DNA from: Granulicella sp. | GTDB lineage: Bacteria; Acidobacteriota; Terriglobia; Terriglobales; Acidobacteriaceae | NCBI GenBank assembly: GCA_027339965.1 | Contig: DAHWNL010000078.1 | Location: forward strand, 96,001 to 160,000 | Direction: 5' to 3' | DNA length: 64,000 nucleotides | Part shown: one piece after another, positions 20,218 to 28,795 of the stretch | Layout: each line of letters opens with the position of its first letter | Numbering within the stretch: the first letter of the stretch is position 1 | Made by a program: the position numbers and the translations under genes | Notes under the pieces: generated by a model | Told to the model about the DNA's origin: nothing | Databases searched by the model: none | The model's input: the letters and a program-made list of their open reading frames with translations, nothing else

Positions 20218-21609
20218 TCATAGCCGGTACGCCTTCTTGGCCAATCCGTAGGCCAGCGCATGGGCCAGTTCGACTGCCTCTTCGTGCTCCAGCCGATGGT
20301 CGCGCACCAGCCGGGCCAGAAAGCCACAGTCCATCCGGCGCGCTACATCATGCCGCGCCGGGATCGACAAAAATGCCCGCGTATCGTCATTGAATCCCAC
20401 AGTGTTATAAAAGCCGGCCGTCTCTGTTACGGACTCCCGGAAGCGCCTCATCCCCTCCGGACTGTCAAAGAACCACCAGGGGGGCCCAAGCTTCAAACAC
20501 GGATAGTGTCCAGCCAGCGGGGCCAGCTCGCGGCTATAAGTGCTCTCATCCAGCGTAAAAAGAATGATGCTCAGCCCGGGCTCGTTTCCAAAGGCATCCA
20601 GAAGCGGACGCAGCGCCTGCACATAGTTGGTCGGAGCAGGAATATCCGCTCCCGTATCTCTCCCGTAGTGTTCAAAGATCTCGCGATTATGGTTCCGCAC
20701 GCTCCCCGGATGGATCTGCATCACCAGCCCATCCTCCAGGCTCATCCGCGCCATCTCGGTTAGCATCTGGGCCCGGAACATCTCCTGTCTGGCGGGATCG
20801 GCTCGTCCTTCCAACACCTCGGCAAAGACCCTCTCTGCCTCTGCGGACGAAAGATCTGCTGTCTGTGCCGTCGGATGTCCATGATCGGTAGCCGTGCAGC
20901 CGAGCGCCCGGAATCGCTCCCGGGCGCAGCGTAGCGCCCTCAGGTATCCTTTCCACGTCGAAGTGTCTTCTCCGGTCAGACCACAGAGCTCTTCGACGTT
21001 GCTTGCAAATCCCTTGAACTCCGGGTCCACCACTGGATCCGGGCGAAACGTGGGCACAATCCTTCCCTTCCATCCCGATCTCAGAATCGCCTTGTGATCC
21101 TCCAGCGAGTCCAGGGGGGAGTCGGTCGTCGCCAGTACCTCCATGCTGAAGCGTTCGTAGAGTGCGCGAGGCAAAAACTCCGGCGTCTTCAGCTTTGCGG
21201 AGATCGTATCAAAATACTCTTCGGCTGTGCTCTCCGACAGACGCTCCTGCAGCCCAAACAGTTCCTGGAAGCAGTAATCCAGCCAGATGCGCGTCGGCGT
21301 TCCTCGAAAGAGATAATAATGGCGAGCGAATATCCTCCACACCTTTCTCGGATTCTTGATCTCTGCCTGCCCTATCTCTAAATCCTCCATCGACACGCCC
21401 TGGCTGTATAGCATGCGGTAGATATAGTGATCGGGTTGCACAAAGAGTGTCGCGGGGTCTGGAAAAGGCTGGTTGTGTGCAAACCATGCTGCCTGCGTAT
21501 GCCCATGCGGACTCACGATGGGCAAGCTTCGCACCTGTTCATACAGCGCCTTGGAAATGGCCAGAGCGCCAGGTTCCGCAGGGAAAAGATAATCTTTGTG
21601 AATCAACAT
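20218..21609 (-). CDS. uxaC: Glucuronate isomerase
   Basis: SPHGHT, PDHY, PTFRPD, MQIHPGS, GPPWWF and GFNDDTRAFLSIPARHD motifs. Confidence 0.95.
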   Translation of the reverse strand: MLIHKDYLFPAEPGALAISKALYEQVRSLPIVSPHGHTQAAWFAHNQPFPDPATLFVQPDHYIYRMLYSQGVSMEDLEIGQAEIKNPRKVWRIFARHYYLFRGTPTRIWLDYCFQELFGLQERLSESTAEEYFDTISAKLKTPEFLPRALYERFSMEVLATTDSPLDSLEDHKAILRSGWKGRIVPTFRPDPVVDPEFKGFASNVEELCGLTGEDTSTWKGYLRALRCARERFRALGCTATDHGHPTAQTADLSSAEAERVFAEVLEGRADPARQEMFRAQMLTEMARMSLEDGLVMQIHPGSVRNHNREIFEHYGRDTGADIPAPTNYVQALRPLLDAFGNEPGLSIILFTLDESTYSRELAPLAGHYPCLKLGPPWWFFDSPEGMRRFRESVTETAGFYNTVGFNDDTRAFLSIPARHDVARRMDCGFLARLVRDHRLEHEEAVELAHALAYGLAKKAYRL

Positions 21610-21940
21610 GACCAGGCACTCTCTCTTTCAGGGATGGAGGCTCTCTCCGAAGATCATATTCTTACGCGGTCTGAACACTTAAACAGGGTTCCGAAAGCGA
21701 AACAAATCCGTTCAGCAATAGTTAGGCTCCCTGCTCATTCGGACCTTCCTGCCGTCGCTTGTTCTGATCGAACTTCTCCAAACCGGTTTCCATTGCCACC
21801 CCAAGCCCGCCGGCCCCGCCCGGATTCCGAGACGTTCTTCCCATTTTTCTCTGCCTGCCTGATATCCGGCGGCAGACGATTCATCTCCCAAGCATGCCAA
21901 GCTCCGGCTGCGCCAAGTAACCCTCAACGAAGCATGCTCT

Positions 21941-22876
21941 TCAGGCCGGCAAAGTCCGGGCACCATCCGCTCGCCGGTCCACCATCCGCAGATACTCCTG
22001 AGTCAAGAGCAGGCGAAGCGTCCGGTCCGTTTCTGGAGCGCAGGGGGTCTCAAGAGAGCGGCAGCGATCAATGGCCCGGCGCAGATCCCCGAGAAATGCA
22101 ACGCACGGCCGGCAACCCTCGATATGCTTCCGAATCTTTTCGCACCTTGGCTCCACGACCCGCCCATCCATGTACTCGGAAAGATTGGCGAAGATCTCCC
22201 GGCAGGTCTTTGGCTGGGGGCGCACCCCGGCCTGCCTGCCCCTGCGCTCGCGCACTGCCGCAGGAGCCACTCGGTTCTCTGGCTCGACTCCTTCGCCAGT
22301 CGTTGTGTCCGCGGCGGCGAGAAGCTTTCTCAGTTGCAGCCTCGCCCGGTGCAGCCTTACCCTTACCGTTCCCTGCTCTATTCCCAGCACTTGAGCGATC
22401 TGTTCGGTCTCCAAATCCTCCATATCATGGAGCACCAACACCATCCGGTAAGGTGGAGGCAGCATCAGGATCGCCTCCTGAAGGCGTTGGTTCTGTTCAG
22501 CTCTGGAAACCAGTGTCTCCGGATTGGGATTCGGATCCTTCAGTAACTGGCTCAGTTCGGATTCGGCGGGAGTCAGTTCACTCAACGAAAGCATCTGGAC
22601 TGGGGCTTCACTCACCTTGCGCCGCATCCTCCAACAGCGATTGCGCGCTACCTTATACAGCCACACCGCAAGCGCCTTCGGCTCAGTGATCTTGGCCAAA
22701 TGGGGTAGCGACCGCACAAAAACCTCCTGCGCGGTGTCCTCAGCGTCCTCCGTGTGGCCGCATATCTTCATGCTGAAGGCATACACAGTGTTCTGCAGCA
22801 GTTCCAAGGCTTCGTTGACCGCGGCGGCATCCTTTTGCTGCAGCAGGCCGGTTGCTCGAATCAGTTCCGGACGCAT
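21941..22876 (-). CDS. ECF sigma factor with fused C-terminal zinc-finger (ZAS/zf-HC2-like) extension
   Basis: Region 2 DAEDTAQEVF...WLYKVARN; region 4 GTVRVRLHRAR; C-terminal CREIFANLSEYMD...HIEGCRPC; TAGGAG RBS. Confidence 0.88.
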   Translation of the reverse strand: MRPELIRATGLLQQKDAAAVNEALELLQNTVYAFSMKICGHTEDAEDTAQEVFVRSLPHLAKITEPKALAVWLYKVARNRCWRMRRKVSEAPVQMLSLSELTPAESELSQLLKDPNPNPETLVSRAEQNQRLQEAILMLPPPYRMVLVLHDMEDLETEQIAQVLGIEQGTVRVRLHRARLQLRKLLAAADTTTGEGVEPENRVAPAAVRERRGRQAGVRPQPKTCREIFANLSEYMDGRVVEPRCEKIRKHIEGCRPCVAFLGDLRRAIDRCRSLETPCAPETDRTLRLLLTQEYLRMVDRRADGARTLPA

Positions 22877-24174
22877 TGATCTCCTATAGCCCCATCGTTC
22901 TATCCCAGCGCGCCCCAGTTCTCGGTGCGCTCCTTCCTCCATTCTAAAGCTCTGGCTTTCCTGCAATCGGGTCAGTCCCTTGATCTGGTATGAAAAAGAT
23001 CCGCTCAGGCGTCAGACGCTACGACCACCTGCTCGAAGGACTTCAACTGGTCAAAAATTCTTCCGATGCCGCCAAGGGCGAAGTTCTCGACGCGCGCTGC
23101 GCCGCTTTGTTCTTGCCCGGGATCACCTTGGTCCCGGTCTGATCAATGTCTATGCTGAAATGCTCATCGTGGTTCAACTCCAGCGGTGCGGAGCAGAGGA
23201 TACATCGCGGCCATCCGCTCACTTCCTGGAGCCCCCTCACGACCGCCCTCGATCCATTTGCCCACAAGTTGTCCAGAGTCAGGGATGGCTCTCGAACCAC
23301 AGCCAGCACTGCCCTGAACACGGCCTTCACGTTCAGGATGCACAAGAAGGGCGTCTTGCCCGGAAGCCGTTGTTGGCTCCCGCTGAAATCACGGTCCGCT
23401 TGGAACGAAAGGCATAGGCCACAACCACCGACGCGTTGGACTGGGCGCAAAGCCGGGGCTCCCACCCGCCCGTGCCTCCCTTCTACCCCGGGTAGCTATG
23501 GGCAACTCATTCGCTCTGCTTGCCCGCCGTCGTCATTCTGGCTTAGCCCATGACCATTCCCACTGCCCTTTGTCGCATTTCATCCAACGCGGCCCCGAGG
23601 CAAAGGCCTGCCGTGGCCCTTGCTCAGGCCATATTTAAGCCCGGGATCACGCACTCCTTCCATCCAGGATCAATAGGATCGCCCTACAAGGTAACGGCGC
23701 AGCTTTCTGCTTCACTGGACGCCCTGCCAGGATCGGTCATTCCTCTGAACGATAACCAATGTTTAAGAAGGAAGATTCATATCTCCCGGCGAGTATTTCA
23801 TCAAGCTCTCCACTCCCGTTGACCAACCTGTTCCGCCCTATGCAGTCACGATGCGCAGCCGGCTTCGAGGAGCAGCAACGAGAAATCCGCATTTGGACAA
23901 TGCACCAGCGATCCATCTTCCGTCACATGCATTCTGGTCCCCAACTCATTGTGTACAGACGCCGTAAGCATTCGGTGACGATAATCACATACAACCTTCC
24001 TTCGATCTTGATCTGATACATAGCAACGACACTGAGACGATCCGGTGCGCTTCAGTTGCATTCGATATTTCAAAGAGCTTGCAGGTGGAGGAGCGTTTTC
24101 GGACCGTTGGCTGAGATGCAGGTGCCGTGCCATACCTGGAACCAAACAACATTAAATTGATCGAAGGAGAAACG

Positions 24175-24756
24175 ATGAAGCGCATTCTTTCAGTAACTTT
24201 CGTGTTGCTGAGCACAGCAGTTGCCGCGCAGGCGGGAACGATCCACGGTAAGGTGACCGGCGCCAAAGGGCAGTCCGTCGTCTACATTGACGCTATTGCA
24301 GGCAAGACCTTCCCTGCCCCATCGCAGCACGCGGTGATGGATCAAAAGGGTTTGATGTTCGCGCCCCATATTCTGGCGATCCTGAAGGGAACCACTGTGG
24401 ACTTCAAGAACGAAGACAGCGTGGAGCACAACGTGTTCTGGCCTTCCATCAGTGGCAACAAGAGTCTTGGCCACAATATGGGAACCTGGCCGACCGGTCA
24501 ACAACGCAGTTTCAAGTTCGATACTGCTGGAATCGTTCCCCTCCTCTGCAACGTGCATCCCGATATGTATGGTTTTATCGTGGTTTCGCCGACGCCCTAC
24601 TATGCAATAACCGACAAAACAGGCGCCTTCACGATCTCCAATGTTCCCAACGGCACCTATAGCGTGACTGGATGGAACGAGCGAGACAAGATGCGCACCC
24701 ACACCGTTCAGGTTACGGTAAACGGCGATGTAACAGCGACCATTCCCCTGAAGTGA
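24175..24756 (+). CDS. Exported cupredoxin-domain protein (type-1 copper ligands) with carboxypeptidase-regulatory-like flanks
   Basis: Signal peptide; HNVF ... CNVHPDM (His, Cys, His, Met); AAGGAG RBS. Confidence 0.8.
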   Translation: MKRILSVTFVLLSTAVAAQAGTIHGKVTGAKGQSVVYIDAIAGKTFPAPSQHAVMDQKGLMFAPHILAILKGTTVDFKNEDSVEHNVFWPSISGNKSLGHNMGTWPTGQQRSFKFDTAGIVPLLCNVHPDMYGFIVVSPTPYYAITDKTGAFTISNVPNGTYSVTGWNERDKMRTHTVQVTVNGDVTATIPLK

Positions 24757-24826
24757 CAGGCGATCCTAGGGCGGGAAATCTCGCAATCCGGTTGCACCAT
24801 AGCGCCCCAGCAGAGAGACAGCCATC

Positions 24827-26800
24827 ATGCTGAAGAGATTTGAAAACAAAGCGGTCGACGCGGGATGGCTGAACAGCAATTTCCCCTGCATGATGGCATG
24901 CCCGGCTCATACCAATGCGGGACGGTATGTTGCGCTTATTGCGGAAGGCAAGTACGAAGATGCCTATCGCTATGCGCGTGGTCCAAATCCTTTGGCCAGC
25001 GTCTGTGGCCGGGTTTGCGCTCACCCCTGCGAAACTGCCTGCCGCCGCGGTGAGATTGATCGCCCTATCTCGATCCGGGCTCTCAAACGCTTTTTGACCG
25101 AGCGTCACGGACCTGAGTCCCGGCGGCCCGTTGATATAAATGCTGGTCGCAGACAGGAAAAGCTGCCCTTCAAAATTGCGATTGTGGGAGCCGGACCGGT
25201 TGGCCTTTCAGCCGCTCATGACCTCGCGGTGATGGGCTACTCGGTCACAATCTTTGAGGCCGCGCCGGTAGCAGGCGGCATGCTCCATCTCGGTCTACCG
25301 GAGTACCGGCTTCCTCGCAGTGTGATCCAGGCGCAAGTACGCGAAATCCTTGCAACCGGAGATATCACGCTAAAACTCAACCATGCCGCGGGCCGAGATT
25401 TCACCGTCTCCGGCCTGCGCAGTCAGGGCTTCGATGCGGTTCTGATTGCCGTCGGAGCCCATCGCAGCCGCGACCTTTCCATTCCAGGAGTTGATCTCGA
25501 CGGCGTCCATAAGGGCATCGACTTCCTCCTGAACGTCAATCTTGGCTATCAATTCACCATCGGCAAGAAAGTGGTCGTGATTGGAGGCGGCAATGTCGCC
25601 ATGGATGTGGCCCGTTCGGCAGCCCGAGAGGTGCTTCGCCAGCATTCCGCTGGAGTGCAGGAACAGGAACCTCTCCAGGAGAATGTCAACGCTGTCGCTG
25701 CCAAGGAGATGATGGACATCTCCCTTTCAGCCCTTCGCCTCGGCGCCAGTGAAGTTCATCTGGTATGCCTTGAAAGCCGAGCAGAAATGCCCGCATCCGA
25801 CGAAGAGATCGCTGAAGCCGAGGAAGAAGGAATCATCCTGCACCCCGGACTCGGCCCAAAGCGTATGATCGGCGGCCCTGACGGCGTTACCGCCCTCGAA
25901 GTGCTTAAAACCAAGCAAGTCTTCGATGCGGACGGCCGCTTTAATCCCACATTCTATGAAAACAGCGAGTTTCAACTCGATTGCGACACAATCATCATGG
26001 CCATCGGCCAGGCTCCACGGCTTGACTTCCTCCAGCCGCAGGATGGGGTTGAAATCTCACGCCGGGGTCTGATCGCCGTAGAACCGCGCACGCTCATGAC
26101 CACATCTCCGGGAGTCTTTGCTGGTGGCGACTGCGCATTTGGACCCCGCCTGATCATCGACAGCGTCGCGGACGGCAAGCGAGCAGCGATGGGAATCGAT
26201 GAGTACCTCCGAGGGACTCGTCATCCGGAGCCGACGATCGAGGTCGAGGTCCTGCAACGCCACAGCATGCCGCTCAATCTCCTGGATCTTGTACGGAACG
26301 ACCCTCCCCTGCTTCCCCTGGACCGTCGGACCGGCGTCACCGAGGTCGAAACGGTTTACGACGAAGAGACAGCCCGGGCAGAAGCGCAACGCTGCCTACA
26401 CTGCTGGGTTAACACGATCTTCGAGGGCAGCCCCCTGGATGGAAGTCAATGCATCCTCTGTGGTGGTTGCGTGGATGTGTGCCCAGAGAATTGTCTTGAG
26501 CTGGTAAGCCTGGATCGCTTCGATTTCCAGCCAGCAGTCGTTGAACAGCTTGTTGCCAACGAGAGCCTCCTCACCGTGGAGCTGGATGATGTTCGAGCGA
26601 AGGAGCTTGGCACGATCTCCGGCTCCGTAATGCTGAAAGACGAGACGCGGTGCATCCGTTGCGGCCTCTGCGCAGCACGATGCCCGGTGGGCACGATCAC
26701 CATGGAATCCTACAACCTGATCCCGGCCGAACCGACCGGGCTCATCTCCCCTGAATCCATCGAAGCGCCTCTGCGCGCGACGTTGGCAAACAGAAAGTGA
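24827..26800 (+). CDS. Fe-S flavoprotein NAD(P)H oxidoreductase (GltD/NfnB/SudA/DsrL superfamily) with C-terminal 2x[4Fe-4S] ferredoxin
   Basis: CMMACP...CGRVCAHPCETAC N-domain; GAGPVG and GGGNVAMD Rossmann motifs; CILCGGCVDVCP and CIRCGLCAARCP. Confidence 0.88.
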   Translation: MLKRFENKAVDAGWLNSNFPCMMACPAHTNAGRYVALIAEGKYEDAYRYARGPNPLASVCGRVCAHPCETACRRGEIDRPISIRALKRFLTERHGPESRRPVDINAGRRQEKLPFKIAIVGAGPVGLSAAHDLAVMGYSVTIFEAAPVAGGMLHLGLPEYRLPRSVIQAQVREILATGDITLKLNHAAGRDFTVSGLRSQGFDAVLIAVGAHRSRDLSIPGVDLDGVHKGIDFLLNVNLGYQFTIGKKVVVIGGGNVAMDVARSAAREVLRQHSAGVQEQEPLQENVNAVAAKEMMDISLSALRLGASEVHLVCLESRAEMPASDEEIAEAEEEGIILHPGLGPKRMIGGPDGVTALEVLKTKQVFDADGRFNPTFYENSEFQLDCDTIIMAIGQAPRLDFLQPQDGVEISRRGLIAVEPRTLMTTSPGVFAGGDCAFGPRLIIDSVADGKRAAMGIDEYLRGTRHPEPTIEVEVLQRHSMPLNLLDLVRNDPPLLPLDRRTGVTEVETVYDEETARAEAQRCLHCWVNTIFEGSPLDGSQCILCGGCVDVCPENCLELVSLDRFDFQPAVVEQLVANESLLTVELDDVRAKELGTISGSVMLKDETRCIRCGLCAARCPVGTITMESYNLIPAEPTGLISPESIEAPLRATLANRK

Positions 26801-26807
26801 GCCAACT

Positions 26808-27299
26808 ATGACCACTACAAAAGACACCTATATCGTTCAGGAAGGCGCGGTGCTCGATCGCAGGGAGTTTTTCACCAAGCTCGGTCTCGGCTCTCTGGGC
26901 GTTGCAGCCGTTGGTACATTGGCGTTTTACTACCAGTACCTTTCACCCAACGTACTCTTTGAACCATCCCCCATTGTGAACGCCGGAGCTATTGATCGGT
27001 ATCCTCTGGGCTCCGTCACGCTCGATGTCAACTCAGCAATCTACCTCGTTCATATAGCCAGAGGCTACTTCTCTCTCAGCGCTATTTGCACTCACCTGGG
27101 CTGTATGACCGCGTGGAAGCCCGAGCTCAACATGATCGCATGTCCATGCCATGGAAGCCGCTTCAACCGCGAAGGGCAAAAGCTGGCAGGTCCGGCGCCT
27201 AAACCTCTTCCATGGCTAAAAACCTGGTTGAGTGACGATGGAGAACTCATGGTCGATCGCTCCATTACGATTCCACAGTTCCAATTCTTGAGGGTATAA
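26808..27299 (+). CDS. Rieske [2Fe-2S] protein of a Rieske/cytochrome b complex
   Basis: DRREFF Tat-type anchor; CTHLGC and CPCHGS boxes. Confidence 0.93.
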   Translation: MTTTKDTYIVQEGAVLDRREFFTKLGLGSLGVAAVGTLAFYYQYLSPNVLFEPSPIVNAGAIDRYPLGSVTLDVNSAIYLVHIARGYFSLSAICTHLGCMTAWKPELNMIACPCHGSRFNREGQKLAGPAPKPLPWLKTWLSDDGELMVDRSITIPQFQFLRV

Positions 27300-27302
27300 A
27301 AG

Positions 27303-28094
27303 ATGCCGGGCACCATCGAAACCTACTTCGACAAACTCGAACGCACGCGGGTGTGGCGGTCGATCTTCCGCAGCGGCAAGGGCACAAGTACGCTTCACAA
27401 TGCGTTGGCCATTCAGCAAAACGTATTTCTGCACCTGTTCCCCACCAAAGTTCGTAAACGAATGCTCGGGCTGGGCGCTACCTGGTACCTCGGAACACTT
27501 ACGTTGGGCACATTCATCGTTCTAGTCGTCACCGGCATTCTCTTGATGCTCTACTACCATCCATCCGTGCCACGTGCATATTCCGATGTAAAAGATCTCC
27601 AATTTGTCGTTTCTTCAGGTCTTTTCCTGCGCAATCTGCATCGCTGGTCGGCCCATGCGATGGTTTTTCTTGCCTTTGCACACATGTTTCGCGTCTTTTA
27701 CCGCGGAGCATACCGTACCCCGAGAGAATTCAACTGGGTGATCGGGGTCGTTCTTCTTCTGGTAACTCTTCTGCTCAGCTACACCGGCTATCTGTTGCCC
27801 TGGGATCAACTCGCCTTCTGGGCAATCACTGTCGGGACGAACATCTCTTCGGCAGTGCCACTTATCGGCGACAAAATACGCTTTATGCTGCTGGGCGGAC
27901 ATCTTGTGAATGCCAATGCCTTGCTTCGCTTTTACGTTCTGCACTGCGTGATTCTACCGCTCACCGCAGTTCTCTTTTTAGCCGTTCATTTCTGGCGAAT
28001 CCGTAAGGACGGTGGTCTATACGTGCGGGAGACCGAGCCCGGAGTCGCAAATTCGGACCAGGACCTTTCAAATCAGGAGCAGGAATCGCGATGA
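27303..28094 (+). CDS. Cytochrome b6-like (split cytochrome b, N-terminal part)
   Basis: LHRWSAH...[26 protein letters not shown]...VHFWRIRK (four heme-b His). Confidence 0.93.
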   Translation: MPGTIETYFDKLERTRVWRSIFRSGKGTSTLHNALAIQQNVFLHLFPTKVRKRMLGLGATWYLGTLTLGTFIVLVVTGILLMLYYHPSVPRAYSDVKDLQFVVSSGLFLRNLHRWSAHAMVFLAFAHMFRVFYRGAYRTPREFNWVIGVVLLLVTLLLSYTGYLLPWDQLAFWAITVGTNISSAVPLIGDKIRFMLLGGHLVNANALLRFYVLHCVILPLTAVLFLAVHFWRIRKDGGLYVRETEPGVANSDQDLSNQEQESR

Positions 28095-28795
28095 CGCCTC
28101 CAAAAGACTACTCGGCCGAAGTCAGCTCGAACATGCAGGTTTCCCAACGGCGCGTTCTTTTCGTAACGCGGCGCACCTCTCCTCAGGTTAAAGCGTACGA
28201 CGAGGAGCGAGTGCAGACCTCTCCCGAGGTTCTGATTCGAGCTCTGCTCGCAGTCGAGTGCCTCCTGATTGCCCTGGTACTGATGTCATTGTTCTTCAAC
28301 GCACCGTTGGAAGGAGTTGCCAATCCGACCAACACGCCTAACCCAGCCAAAGCTCCGTGGTACTTTCTTGGGCTGCAGGAGATTTTGCACTACTTCCCAC
28401 CTGTTGTTGCCGGGGTTCTCATTCCTGGATTGCTCGTTACCGCACTCATCATTATTCCCTATTTTGACATCAACATCGAGGCAGATGGCCTCTTTCTCAA
28501 GAATCGCGAGCGGCGTCTGATGCTCTCGATGGCCGTTGCGGGTGCGCTGTCCGTCTTCTTCCTGTTTTTCAAGGTATATGTGGCGCTGGCGCCAACGTTG
28601 CTCGTGACCGCATTCGTGTTGCTTGCGGCGTTCAGCCCTCCAGAGTCGTCAGGACGCTTTCGACGGTATCTCGCACGAAGACCCGTCTTCTGGTGGATTA
28701 TGACCTGGTTTCTATGTGAACTCATCGTTCTCACGGCAGTAGGCACCTTCTTCCGCGGCCCCGGTTGGTCGTGGGTCTGGCCATGGAGGAGTTAG
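28091..28795 (+). CDS. Subunit IV-like (cytochrome b C-terminal part)
   Basis: [21 protein letters not shown], the PEWY-equivalent region; ATGA overlap with cyt b6. Confidence 0.88.
   Translation: MTPPKDYSAEVSSNMQVSQRRVLFVTRRTSPQVKAYDEERVQTSPEVLIRALLAVECLLIALVLMSLFFNAPLEGVANPTNTPNPAKAPWYFLGLQEILHYFPPVVAGVLIPGLLVTALIIIPYFDINIEADGLFLKNRERRLMLSMAVAGALSVFFLFFKVYVALAPTLLVTAFVLLAAFSPPESSGRFRRYLARRPVFWWIMTWFLCELIVLTAVGTFFRGPGWSWVWPWRS

Noticed and set aside
24138..24166. ECF-type promoter GGAACC-N16-ATCGAA before the cupredoxin gene
   Set aside because: The putative -10 overlaps the RBS, leaving no room for a leader. Too weak to call.
24827..26800. Naming the flavoprotein dsrL or gltD
   Set aside because: Same superfamily, but there are no dsr or gltB genes nearby. 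The context is a Rieske/cytb operon.
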